Origin: a virus
Taxonomy: Duplodnaviria; Caudoviricetes
Length of the DNA: 64,000 nucleotides
Strand: one strand, 5' to 3'
Virus record (IMG/VR): IMGVR_UViG_3300027533_000001
Location: 3,146-67,145 of that record
Under the pieces are notes generated by a model that was given only the letters and a program-made list of their open reading frames with translations, was not told where the DNA came from and did not search any database. Positions 32,301-40,416 of the stretch are shown in pieces (position 1 is the first letter of the stretch; each line of letters starts with the position of its first letter). The translations under genes and the position numbers were made by a program.

Positions 32301-32639
32301 AGTGCGCTGCCGTTGAACCCGAGTGCGAATTGGTCTGGGGCACAGTATGTCGATCTCACGTACCTCCATGCGCGGGGCGGGGGGACGTTTGGCAGTGTGC
32401 CAGCGGTGACCACGACATTGACTACTGATTACATTGCGGCGGGACTGGACCCGGGGGCGTATGATGTGAAGCTCGGCGGGAGTACCGTGTGTGGCGTCGT
32501 TGCCGTGGGGGCCGGGGATAATACCATCTACTGTCCCAATGTGGGGGCGGGGGCGATCACGGTGACACCGGCAGCAACTGGGACTGGGGTGTCGATTAGT
32601 GGCAGTGCGTCTATCACCGGGCAAGCGCGAGTGCAGTAG
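29316..32639 (+). CDS. Large exported protein with heparinase II/III-like (polysaccharide lyase-like) C-terminal region
   Basis: Signal-like MRQLYLLAILTFPLTSA; ITGATNATPIVLT...HHMATND beta-domain; FSRTGWTSPSDT...GDHDSPR...IVKG resembles the heparinase II/III R.GW...H.H motif region; many Cys. Confidence 0.6.
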   Translation: MRQLYLLAILTFPLTSAVVPIRTHDNKNCHITGATNATPIVLTCGVAHHMATNDMIQVANVAGTTNANGLRYVDVLSPTTIALYSAPGPTTPVAGNGVWSNGTITHPGPPVATYSGGIQLAGLVTNYTTQPHPRLAWNPAGELIEFAASIENGLLTSIQVASGIATATYTRAHGLAVGNKICIFGAVATNLNCSSTAGPTVYFTITAVPSPTTIQWTNGLVLDATFNSTNLTVSSWAQGGNVAWVAVNNFRSYLTAGTPPAYTLGRLNYLKDKSANMATICYVNRSDTEACTIAEHAINNPGTFFNNGACVETYPSVTNNNCDDDQGDYASFSAVHMAYIYDLMKPTGYLDAGERAAFANAMLNDLGDGCTKMVRTNRSGTISVVANEGANVTLTGIGTSFLSQVVVGSLIVGQGYLGAGTTIYVNGVTNDTTLTVNNNSARTNATFATIDPRTSTSCGVWWYLKHHAGSPLSQPSLYPPQGGTTTSSSSEPINNMTRSKLGAAVALGIVLADDDPRAVALLSDTSLFWFDYTHAGERGHYTGMTNGGPNYYFARVAHYAIDITLYWRNAFINGPDLTDAGYMNSFNDALRFLWHPNAAVGTREWCTYAFGADADGTNCFDGAGGRMAGFAGSSRVFPKSMETSKFMHWFLNVAGFNTDTIDSTNSYESTNMFKRLPANVTATSYTSDPTQRVFRTTAADTAWCLVPGTYGCPTTGGGMAYVFSRTGWTSPSDTAFTYSSASFNGDHDSPRATDYCIVKGNGLVCGDSFEPNQSLGSMGAAGGTNEAETNMGQMGGLLLNRGLVSMIRGDFVYELFHAPILRWAGGADNNGRSDSAFAYALSNVLIWRTGITRQHRGVLHYKRAGKQEYVILWDDVVRSAAGTVKLYTHYPQNGEGGVEGITTCPSGDTACANINTSKQVTSATSGTIYSVNTTWVAPTGSDLYLMVDNPDGTYPTGAGHSYRVTGCGGTSSCASVTALEMFTVHKISTGAVTTISALPLNPSANWSGAQYVDLTYLHARGGGTFGSVPAVTTTLTTDYIAAGLDPGAYDVKLGGSTVCGVVAVGAGDNTIYCPNVGAGAITVTPAATGTGVSISGSASITGQARVQ

Positions 32640-32643
32640 TAGT

Positions 32644-32672
32644 TAGTCACTAACAAGACGTGGTGGTATACT
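32644..32672 (+). promoter_or_regulatory. Putative promoter of the PEP-CTERM gene; -35 overlapped by the palindrome
   Basis: TAGTCA-17-TATACT with an extended -10 TG. Confidence 0.45.
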
Positions 32673-32743
32673 ATCTGCATCGTGGCTGGGACGCCCAGTG
32701 AACGTTCGGTTTCCCGGCCATGTGATCAATAGAAGGGAAACGT

Positions 32744-33445
32744 ATGAAACGAATAGTACTTGTGATCACGGTGCTGGCTCTATCCAGTGCCCAGTTGGGG
32801 GCGACCCTGCTAAGTGTGCTGGTCGCTGGCGGATCGCTGTCCAACTCCTATATCACTGTCGATGACTTCTCATTTACCCGCACCTGCGGCGGGATTGGGG
32901 TGTGTGCGCCGCTGGATGCGAGTGGGATAGATGTAACGCTTGCCAACAACCAGATTCGATTTGCCGGTGGGTTTACCGCGCTGTCCAACAGTGGGTTTGC
33001 CTCGTCCGACTTCCTCATCGCCTATGACATTTCGGTGAACCCGCTGTTCCCAGCGATTGGCGGGGTGGGGCTGCTGTTTAATGGCGCTGTCGTTGGAGAC
33101 CAGAGTTTTGCACAGGTTGTCGAGACCATCATTGGGACGGTGCCTTTTCTCCACGTCGCAGGGCAGGCGCAGGTCGATGCCCCCGGTGGGCCGTTGCAGG
33201 ATGTGGCCATTCTCGATGCCCCTTACCGTGACCTGCGGATAGTCAAGGATATCTTCCTGGTGGGCAGTGATAGTGAGGGGCTGGGGTATGCGACGATCTC
33301 GCTGATTGACCAGTTCTACGCAGGGCCGGGGGTTGATCCATTCTGTGTCGGGGCTGAGTGCGACGTGCCGGAACCTGCCACGTATGCGATGCTGGGCATG
33401 GGCCTGCTGGGGATTGCCCTTGCAAAGCGCCGCCGCTTGGTGTAG
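32744..33445 (+). CDS. PEP-CTERM sorting domain protein
   Basis: N-terminal signal peptide, and C-terminal VPEPATYAMLGMGLLGIALAKRRRLV (PEP, TM helix, basic tail). Confidence 0.92.
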   Translation: MKRIVLVITVLALSSAQLGATLLSVLVAGGSLSNSYITVDDFSFTRTCGGIGVCAPLDASGIDVTLANNQIRFAGGFTALSNSGFASSDFLIAYDISVNPLFPAIGGVGLLFNGAVVGDQSFAQVVETIIGTVPFLHVAGQAQVDAPGGPLQDVAILDAPYRDLRIVKDIFLVGSDSEGLGYATISLIDQFYAGPGVDPFCVGAECDVPEPATYAMLGMGLLGIALAKRRRLV

Positions 33446-33496
33446 TATAGGCCAACCACCACTCCTCCAGGTGTGGTTTTCTTAACAACAACCATT

Positions 33497-33531
33497 GGGC
33501 ACCGGGGTTTACCTCATACTCCCTGGTGCCC
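33497..33531. terminator. Stem-loop between the convergent late and replication arms
   Basis: GGGCACCGGGG...CCCTGGTGCCC inverted repeat in the convergent intergenic gap. Confidence 0.6.
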
Positions 33532-33548
33532 ACTTTGTTAGTCACTAA

Positions 33549-35060
33549 CTACTTCGCCCACCGTGACATAACCTTGCCCTCGGCTGCGACCGGTACCAGC
33601 AGCTGGGTGTACTGGTTGACGTCAGCCATGCACTTGACAGTGGCCACCTTGAGTTCCTCCGCTATGTCACTGTCGCATTCTGATACAATCTCGTCATGGA
33701 CCGGCATAAGAAAGTTCACCGCATAGCCCTCGTCCCTAAACTTGTCGTAGACGCCCCGCAGGGTCCACATGGCGATCTTGAGAAACGCCGACCCCGCACT
33801 TTGAATGGGCATATTACCAGCCTGTCTCACACTCTCAGCGACGACACGCTTGACGGCACTGCGGATGCCGTGTATGTATCGAATACTCCCCATGAAGTCC
33901 CAGGTGAACCCGTACTTCCTGGCTCGGTACTCCTGTTCCCGCATGTAGGGCCGAATGTACGCGAACACCTTGTGCCAGGTCTCCTCGATGAAAGCGATGG
34001 TCTGCTCTTTAGACCAGTAGATACCTATAAGGACAAGTTGCGCCTGCAAGCCCATCCAGGTGATCCCATAGACTATGCCAAAGTTGGCGTTCTTCATCCC
34101 TGCGCGCATTGTCATGAACTCCTGAATGGTAGGGACAGTGCCACCGGGGACCAGTGGATAGATGGCCTTGGACTTGGGATCGAACCCTACCTTATCACGG
34201 ATACCCATTGCTTCCAGGGTGGACTCCGCATGTATATCGCGGCCCTCCAGGAAGCACTGCATCATGAACGGGTCGGCGGCTTCGCTGGCGAGGATGCGTA
34301 ACTCGATTTGACTATAGTCTGCACCAACCATGGACATGCCGTAGCTGGGGATGAAGGCGGCACGGACCCGCGCCCCAAGGGGTGACCGGATGGGGATGTT
34401 CATCAGGTTAGGTCGCCGTCCAGCTAACCTCCCAGTGTCAGTCCTGGTGGCAACTATCGTGCTATGGACCCTATTAGATGACTGACGATGACTGCGACCA
34501 CATACAGGACAAACCCGGCCAGCAGGATGGTATCGGGCGATCCTGGGTAGTTTGAGTACGTACGTCGTATAGAGTTTATGGACCTCACGAAACTGCAGAA
34601 TCTCCTGTATAGCTTCGTGCTCACTCTTGAGTGCCTCTAGCTGCTTTTTACCTGTCGATATACGACTGCCATCTGGGGTGGTGACCAGTGCCTTGCCCTT
34701 GCCTATGCCGAGGGTGTCAAATAAAAACCAGGCCACCTGTTCGGGGGAGGTGACCTTGAAACGGCTGGCTACTGTGACCGCGTCACTGCCCACTCCCCCG
34801 TCACTGGACCCGGTATCGTCATCGTCGGGATCGACACCGAGGAACTCTGCTAGTTTGTCGTGCGGAACCCGTCGCCGTACTCTAGCGGAGAGATCCTCCA
34901 TCATATCACGCATCTCCACAGCGAGAGACTCCAGGTACGGGACGTCGATGGCGACGCCGAGGTTCATCATGTCCTCGATAGTGGGCATTGGTAACCTGTC
35001 GAGCGCCTGGGTGTTGGCGAAGCTGGGGTGCCTAACTCTACTTGGTATGTGCATAGCCAC
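33549..35060 (-). CDS. polA: Family A DNA polymerase, polymerase domain only
   Basis: Motifs TGRLAGRRPNLMNIP, DYSQIELRILA, KNANFGIVYG, NMPIQS and VHDEIV. No exonuclease domain; CxxC insertion (CPVC). Confidence 0.95.
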   Translation of the reverse strand: MAMHIPSRVRHPSFANTQALDRLPMPTIEDMMNLGVAIDVPYLESLAVEMRDMMEDLSARVRRRVPHDKLAEFLGVDPDDDDTGSSDGGVGSDAVTVASRFKVTSPEQVAWFLFDTLGIGKGKALVTTPDGSRISTGKKQLEALKSEHEAIQEILQFREVHKLYTTYVLKLPRIARYHPAGRVCPVCGRSHRQSSNRVHSTIVATRTDTGRLAGRRPNLMNIPIRSPLGARVRAAFIPSYGMSMVGADYSQIELRILASEAADPFMMQCFLEGRDIHAESTLEAMGIRDKVGFDPKSKAIYPLVPGGTVPTIQEFMTMRAGMKNANFGIVYGITWMGLQAQLVLIGIYWSKEQTIAFIEETWHKVFAYIRPYMREQEYRARKYGFTWDFMGSIRYIHGIRSAVKRVVAESVRQAGNMPIQSAGSAFLKIAMWTLRGVYDKFRDEGYAVNFLMPVHDEIVSECDSDIAEELKVATVKCMADVNQYTQLLVPVAAEGKVMSRWAK

Positions 35061-35289
35061 GGGTAACAGTGACGGTACGGTTATGCGGGTCCACGGCGGT
35101 GACCGTGATTAGTTCCCCGGTTGGTGGTTCCACGGCTGGGTCAAACCCTGGCACATCTATTGGGTAGGCGTCCACCAGTACCAAGCGGCCCGACTTCATC
35201 CACTTCTTGGCAAGGCGTTTGCGTATGTTGCGGTTGAGCGGCTGTCCATCCAGGTACCAGCGTTGATAGGTCCAGGTAATGCCACCCAT
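35038..35289 (-). CDS. Hypothetical protein
   Basis: ATG directly after the palindrome at 35290; its stop overlaps the pol start. Confidence 0.55.
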   Translation of the reverse strand: MGGITWTYQRWYLDGQPLNRNIRKRLAKKWMKSGRLVLVDAYPIDVPGFDPAVEPPTGELITVTAVDPHNRTVTVTRGYAHTK

Positions 35290-35290
35290 G

Positions 35291-35866
35291 TTAGTCACTA
35301 ACTCCGCTGTCAACCACTGGGCACTTCCAGATTGAGACCTGTTTCATGTTCAGGCACTCCTCCAGGACTGGGCGCACCTCATCCTCGCTGAGGCCCCCGT
35401 TGCCAATCCCGGGGTAGTTGAGCCGCACTTTCGCACGGGGGTGGGCGCGGCACCAGCGGTCGAGCATGACACAGCTACGTTCAATGAGATCCAGTGATGC
35501 CTTGTCTTTGAAGGAGCGTTTCACCTGGAATGCCCCCAGGTACGGCACGTTCCACTCACCAATGTCCAGTTCATACTTACTCCACACTATGCCATAGGGC
35601 TTGAGGTGGTCGATCTGCCTGCCGAAGTCCACGTCGATGCCGTCCACCATCAGGGCCAGTTGCTTGGCTGCGCCCCGGCCCATGACTATGGATTGGTCGG
35701 TGCGCTTGTGGGCGTTAGTGGTTACGAGCAGGGCATCGCACCGCTCCCAGTTGGCGTTGAACATCTCCCCCGTGATGGGGAATAGACCATTCGTTGGACG
35801 CACTCCATAGGCGGCAACCTGTGCGAGGTGGGCCTTTTGGTCCTTGTCTAGATTGTTCCAGTTCAT
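35291..35866 (-). CDS. Macrodomain (ADP-ribose binding/hydrolase-like) protein
   Basis: LLVTTN...VMGRGAAKQL and YPGIGNGGLSEDEVRPVL match the two glycine-rich macrodomain loops. Confidence 0.75.
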   Translation of the reverse strand: MNWNNLDKDQKAHLAQVAAYGVRPTNGLFPITGEMFNANWERCDALLVTTNAHKRTDQSIVMGRGAAKQLALMVDGIDVDFGRQIDHLKPYGIVWSKYELDIGEWNVPYLGAFQVKRSFKDKASLDLIERSCVMLDRWCRAHPRAKVRLNYPGIGNGGLSEDEVRPVLEECLNMKQVSIWKCPVVDSGVSD

Positions 35867-36078
35867 ACGCGGCCACCCTTGAGTAACTTCTTGAGATTGT
35901 CGGCAGCAACTATCCCTGCCTGTATCTCCTCGCGTACCCCGACCAGACCGTCACTGGCATCCTGGATACGGGCATGCAACTTACGGGCGATACCGCTCTC
36001 GATTGAGATGTAGTTGGCGGCTTCGTCGAGGCAGGCGATTGCTTCACGGATACGTTGTAGTGTTTCTTCCAAGTCCAT
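35863..36078 (-). CDS. Hypothetical protein
   Basis: RBS AAGGAG; 71 aa, helical. Confidence 0.65.
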   Translation of the reverse strand: MDLEETLQRIREAIACLDEAANYISIESGIARKLHARIQDASDGLVGVREEIQAGIVAADNLKKLLKGGRV

Positions 36079-36171
36079 AACTGTTCTCCTTGATTGGCAG
36101 TGGCCGACCAGCCGGGGGTAAACCCCCGTACCCCCAGCGGGTAGGCCGGTCGGCCAGTGGTTGGTTGGTTA

Positions 36172-36642
36172 CTAACTGGCGTTGACCATCCGTATATTGA
36201 CACTGTCACTGGTGCTGGTCTTGACTACTTGAGTGAGGGTCAACTTCCCGGTCTCCTCGTCCACGACCTGCACTTCATAGTCCAGTATGTCGTCGATCTT
36301 GGCCGGTTGTATCCCATGGGCCAGCATGGACATCTTGAGCGCAGATAGGTTCACTGTCGTCCGGGTCGCCCCTCCCAGTACTGCCTTCCATACCTTGCCC
36401 TCTGGCAACCTGGAGTCAGTGACCAGGATTTGTACCCCATCCTCCATGCGTGCCATGTGACTATAGATGACAGGGTTGATCTTGGCGATCAGGGCCAGCG
36501 CCACCTTCTCCTGGGCCTTGTACCCCTGGCGTTCCCGTATCATACTCTCCATCTCGCGGCTGGTGGCCAGTGCGACCTTGGGTTGGGCCAGCACCTCCAG
36601 TGGACGGACCGGCTCTGGTGTGACGAATGCTTTCTTGGTCAT
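36172..36642 (-). CDS. Hypothetical protein
   Basis: RBS AAAGGAGAACCAATC before ATG; 156 aa. Confidence 0.7.
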   Translation of the reverse strand: MTKKAFVTPEPVRPLEVLAQPKVALATSREMESMIRERQGYKAQEKVALALIAKINPVIYSHMARMEDGVQILVTDSRLPEGKVWKAVLGGATRTTVNLSALKMSMLAHGIQPAKIDDILDYEVQVVDEETGKLTLTQVVKTSTSDSVNIRMVNAS

Positions 36643-36674
36643 GATTGGTTCTCCTTTGTTATCAACTACTTAGA

Positions 36675-36965
36675 CTAGTCTACCACGGGGGCTTCGGCGA
36701 TGGCTTGCATCAGGGCCAGCATCTCGGCGGCGTGGCGTTTACGTTCCGCATCCATCCCGGCCTGAATGGCAATCTCCATCATGGTGTGCATGGTGGCCAG
36801 CACGTCGGTCTTGGTCCTGGCGTCCACCATGCGTTGCATGACATCCAGCAGGTACAGTTCCAACCCCATGGTTACCTCTACGTACGGTACGCGGTTGGCC
36901 CGGTTGATGGACGCCTGTTTAATGTCGCCCATCGTGATTACGATCTTATCTTGCATTCCAGTCAT
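36675..36965 (-). CDS. Hypothetical protein
   Basis: 96 aa, coupled to the upstream gene, with GGTAAGAGA upstream. Confidence 0.6.
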   Translation of the reverse strand: MTGMQDKIVITMGDIKQASINRANRVPYVEVTMGLELYLLDVMQRMVDARTKTDVLATMHTMMEIAIQAGMDAERKRHAAEMLALMQAIAEAPVVD

Positions 36966-38415
36966 ATTCTCTTACCTTCCATAGACTATCCAGATCCTTA
37001 CCTATCGTGTAGTACACCCGGCACGTAGCATCAGCATCTCTACAGGCGTACCACTTGGCAATGGTTGGCTCTACATGGCGTAGGCCCCGTTGCGGCATGT
37101 CACTGCCCACGTGATCGAGGAGCCACTCCCGCCAGTACCATTGCTTCTTCTTTGTCTCAATCGCCGCTGGTGTCGCGGCAGTGGGTAACTCCTCGCGATG
37201 CTCTCTCCAGCGTTTCCATGGGTCGTACTTGGGGTTAGTGTGCATTGACCGCAGTATCCCATCCAGCACTGCCACCATGGGGTTCTCCTTTCTACTTGGT
37301 TTCAAATACTTACCTGTCTTCTCACTCACCCGGTTAGTGACTAACGGCGGGAGATGATCCACCACCTCTACGATCCACTCCTTGACCTTGCGCTTACTGG
37401 CTTGGTTGGTTACCTCCAGGTAGGATTGCATTGACATCCCACAGTGGCGACGGGCCAGTGGCTTCAAGCCCTGTGACATCGCACGCCGGTAGGCGATCTG
37501 CATCGTATCAGTTACCTTGGCCCAGTCGACATGGATGCCCAGTGCCCGGAACGCTGCCACTTCCACTATCGCGTTCTGCATCACTATCGACTGGCACTCA
37601 TTGAGCACCCGTTGCAGGTACCTCCTCTTCTCCTTGATATGATCACCGCTGTCCCCGTGCTCCTTGACCATGATTCCAACTCCCGGCAACTGGGTGTACT
37701 GCCAGGAGTACAACTCCCCGTACTCGCTCTCACTGTCAATGAACACCGGCTTCCTGGGCCAGAGCCGCCCGACCCCCTGCTCCAGGTAGATGTACTCCTC
37801 GTCACCGGCCCACTCATCGACCGGCTCACTGTACGTCCCGGCAAGCCAGCGTCCCACATTGGCAAACCCCTCCTCGATGGCGTCAATGCGATTACTCACA
37901 TGCAGGCCCAGCGCCGGGTGGTACGTGGGCATGATGTCATACGGGCCACGGCCTAGTATCGTCCCCCGGTAGTGTCTCCCATGATCTGACTCTAGATCTA
38001 CCGGGTTGCCATCGACTATACTGGAAGCGGTGCCGCCCATGAGGACAACCAGCTTAGGGTTTAGCCGGTCGAGTTCCCGTACCAGGAAGTGCTGGGCACA
38101 GGCGTTAATCTCACTCACGTTTGGGGTCCGGTTACTGGGTGGGCGGCACTTGCAGACATTAGTGATATACACTTCAGACCGTTCCAGCTTGGCCAGTGGG
38201 AGATAGTGGTTGTCGAGTTCCTGCCCAGCGTTGCCCTGGAACGGCTCGTCCCGCTCCTGCCCACCGGGGGCCTCGCCAACGAATACCACTTCCGCATCCG
38301 CTGGTCCTGCCGGTGGTACGACGTGACTGAACTGGCTGGGGTCGAGACGGGCAATGCACTGACTGCACCGCGCCCCGACGCCCCTGGTTAGGTACGGCCA
38401 GAAGTCTACAGCCAT
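36946..38415 (-). CDS. Family 4 uracil-DNA glycosylase-like domain fused to a PolA-type 3'-5' exonuclease domain
   Basis: UDG4 motifs VFVGEAPG, YITNVCKCRPPSNRTP, EINAC and PTYHPA; exonuclease motifs FIDSESE, QNAIVE, DTMQIAY, GLKPLA and YACRDADAT. Confidence 0.88.
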   Translation of the reverse strand: MAVDFWPYLTRGVGARCSQCIARLDPSQFSHVVPPAGPADAEVVFVGEAPGGQERDEPFQGNAGQELDNHYLPLAKLERSEVYITNVCKCRPPSNRTPNVSEINACAQHFLVRELDRLNPKLVVLMGGTASSIVDGNPVDLESDHGRHYRGTILGRGPYDIMPTYHPALGLHVSNRIDAIEEGFANVGRWLAGTYSEPVDEWAGDEEYIYLEQGVGRLWPRKPVFIDSESEYGELYSWQYTQLPGVGIMVKEHGDSGDHIKEKRRYLQRVLNECQSIVMQNAIVEVAAFRALGIHVDWAKVTDTMQIAYRRAMSQGLKPLARRHCGMSMQSYLEVTNQASKRKVKEWIVEVVDHLPPLVTNRVSEKTGKYLKPSRKENPMVAVLDGILRSMHTNPKYDPWKRWREHREELPTAATPAAIETKKKQWYWREWLLDHVGSDMPQRGLRHVEPTIAKWYACRDADATCRVYYTIGKDLDSLWKVREYDWNAR

Positions 38416-38418
38416 ACG

Positions 38419-38565
38419 TCACCGTGCACCGTGTACGTTGATGGCCTTGTGTACTTCCCATAGGAGGGGCATTAGATACGTCACCAGGGCACTGATCCAC
38501 AGCATATGGATAACGATGTCGGCGAGGCCCCGCACCCAGGCGTACCACATGTTTCTATCGTTCAT
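38419..38565 (-). CDS. Small membrane protein
   Basis: RBS GGAGA; 48 aa with one hydrophobic helix. Confidence 0.5.
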   Translation of the reverse strand: MNDRNMWYAWVRGLADIVIHMLWISALVTYLMPLLWEVHKAINVHGAR

Positions 38566-38935
38566 GGTTCTCGATTCTCCTTTCGGTGGCGCGGATCGCC
38601 TTGTCCAGCAGCCGGATGACATCAGCCAGTACCACCACCTCACCTCCGGTCTCCAGGCGGCGGTGCCAATCGTGGAGATTCCCTTTCATCCCCAGTTCCC
38701 GGCAGATGTACTGGCATAGGGCGTACAGTTCGTTGGGGTCATCCAGTGCCCATTCGAGTGCACCAGTGAGACTGTACCGGGTGGCCTCGCCGACGTTGCA
38801 TGGCATGCCGTTACGACTCAAGCTCATGGTGCTGCGGGACCACTTGCCGGGTTTGCTTAGCAGCCGTCGTGCGGTACACAGCGCCTCCATCCACCTGCCA
38901 TGTGCGGTGGCCAGTTGTTTCATTGATACTTGCAT
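38555..38935 (-). CDS. Hypothetical protein (DUF6197-like)
   Basis: ARRLL..PGKWSR...YSLTGAL...LHDWH...DVIRLLDKAI pattern; RBS AAGGAG. Confidence 0.55.
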   Translation of the reverse strand: MQVSMKQLATAHGRWMEALCTARRLLSKPGKWSRSTMSLSRNGMPCNVGEATRYSLTGALEWALDDPNELYALCQYICRELGMKGNLHDWHRRLETGGEVVVLADVIRLLDKAIRATERRIENHER

Positions 38936-38962
38936 GGTTCGTTCTCCTTGTTAGTTACTAAC

Positions 38963-39760
38963 CTATCTCTCGCGTAACCACTTGTGGATGGTGCGTGCCC
39001 TCCACTTCTGCTTAGCGGGTAACACTGCCTCCCAGGATTCCACGCTGGCGGTGACCATCTCGTATGGCGTGTCGAACCCATGTTCTGTGTAACTTGCCAA
39101 GCTACCCAGCCCGTCGATCTGCGCGGCCATCCGCCAGCACTTACCCGGGGTCAGGAACCGGGGGCCACCGCTGGGCGTGGACTTCTCCACCTTGGCACCC
39201 ACCACCCCGTCTACTCCCAGTGCGTCGTGCTCCTTCCACGACTTCCACTCCAGGCGGCAGGCTTGCGATACCAGTGCCGCGCTCTCATCCTTGGACATGG
39301 ACCTCCAGATTTGGAAGCCTGCGATGTACTGCAGTTCCCAGAGGAAGCCAGATAGTTCGGCAAACGTCGGCGGTCTTGCCGTCCCGGTCAGGGGCACTTG
39401 GTACCGCCCTTCCGGGTATCCCTTCCAAGGCTTACCTCGTACCACTGCCAGCCCCCGTGGGCCAAGTCCCCAGTCCCCCTCGATGAGGAGTATGTTACGG
39501 TCGCCAAACTCCAGCATGTTGACGACCTGTTCGAGTAGACGGCCATCTCGTTTGCTAGTGAGGAAGTCGGCGAAGGTCTTGTATTCGCATAGCGTCTTGA
39601 CCGTTGATCCATCGCGGAGACGGGACCGCCACATGAAGTCCCCGGCGGGTAGCATGGGTACCTGTATGACATTGCATGTGTTCTCCAGTAGCGGGACGAG
39701 AGTTTTACTACCCTCGCGCATGTCAACCCTGATCGTCGGCAGGTCGAGCGTCATGCCCAT
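38963..39760 (-). CDS. ERCC4/XPF-family nuclease
   Basis: RVDMREG, LPAGDF, EYKTFADFLTS..DGRL.EQ and LLIEG match ERCC4 motifs. Confidence 0.85.
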   Translation of the reverse strand: MGMTLDLPTIRVDMREGSKTLVPLLENTCNVIQVPMLPAGDFMWRSRLRDGSTVKTLCEYKTFADFLTSKRDGRLLEQVVNMLEFGDRNILLIEGDWGLGPRGLAVVRGKPWKGYPEGRYQVPLTGTARPPTFAELSGFLWELQYIAGFQIWRSMSKDESAALVSQACRLEWKSWKEHDALGVDGVVGAKVEKSTPSGGPRFLTPGKCWRMAAQIDGLGSLASYTEHGFDTPYEMVTASVESWEAVLPAKQKWRARTIHKWLRER

Positions 39761-40187
39761 AGGTTCCCTCCAGGTATGGTTGGCGCACGATGGCCTGGAT
39801 CTTGGCCAACTGGTCGGTGAGGTCCATCCGCTTGAGCTTGAGGTCCTCCAGGTGGGCGCTGTCAGGTGACGATACGAGGCATTCCATGCACAGGACGTTC
39901 AACTCCCGCACGATACTCAACAGTGGCGGGGGTAGCAGTACGGTAGAGATTAACTTTCGCACTGCGGTGTCCTCGGCCTTGCGTACCAACTCCTTGCCCA
40001 TCTTGTCGTGCATGAGCAGGGCGTCGGCATGGACAGTGACCTTGGTTTTCATAGTGGCGGTCACCTCCAGGCTGTGGTCGGGTTTCTCCACGGTGTACAG
40101 GTGGATGACACCTGCCGGGGTTTCGATGAGCCGTTCGGCTATGGGTCTATTCAGTCCCTGTGTTGCTGGTGTCATTGGTGTTGACAT
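39723..40187 (-). CDS. Hypothetical protein
   Basis: 154 aa, overlapping its neighbours in operon fashion. Confidence 0.6.
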   Translation of the reverse strand: MSTPMTPATQGLNRPIAERLIETPAGVIHLYTVEKPDHSLEVTATMKTKVTVHADALLMHDKMGKELVRKAEDTAVRKLISTVLLPPPLLSIVRELNVLCMECLVSSPDSAHLEDLKLKRMDLTDQLAKIQAIVRQPYLEGTYGHDARPADDQG

Positions 40188-40416
40188 TGATCTCCATTCC
40201 TTTCGTGAAGGCTAACCACATTGTGCCTTTGGCGTGCTGCTCTATCTGGATCGGATTGATAGGGCGTCCGTCGTCATAGTGCGTCTTGGTTGCCCACATG
40301 AGAGCGGTTTTGAACTCGTCTGTGGCGCACCACTTATTCCATGCCTTCATCATCGGATGATCGTCGGGCAGGGCCATCTGTGCGGTTGACATGTAACTTG
40401 TAGTCCTCGCTTCCAT
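40147..40416 (-). CDS. Hypothetical protein
   Basis: 89-aa ORF; the true start may be 40392 or 40377. Confidence 0.5.
   Translation of the reverse strand: MEARTTSYMSTAQMALPDDHPMMKAWNKWCATDEFKTALMWATKTHYDDGRPINPIQIEQHAKGTMWLAFTKGMEINVNTNDTSNTGTE

Noticed and set aside
35060-36946. Intein or group I intron interrupting the polymerase
   Set aside because: No Cys/Ser-start or His-Asn-end intein termini and no homing endonuclease motifs. The intervening DNA is filled with ordinary genes that have their own RBSs.
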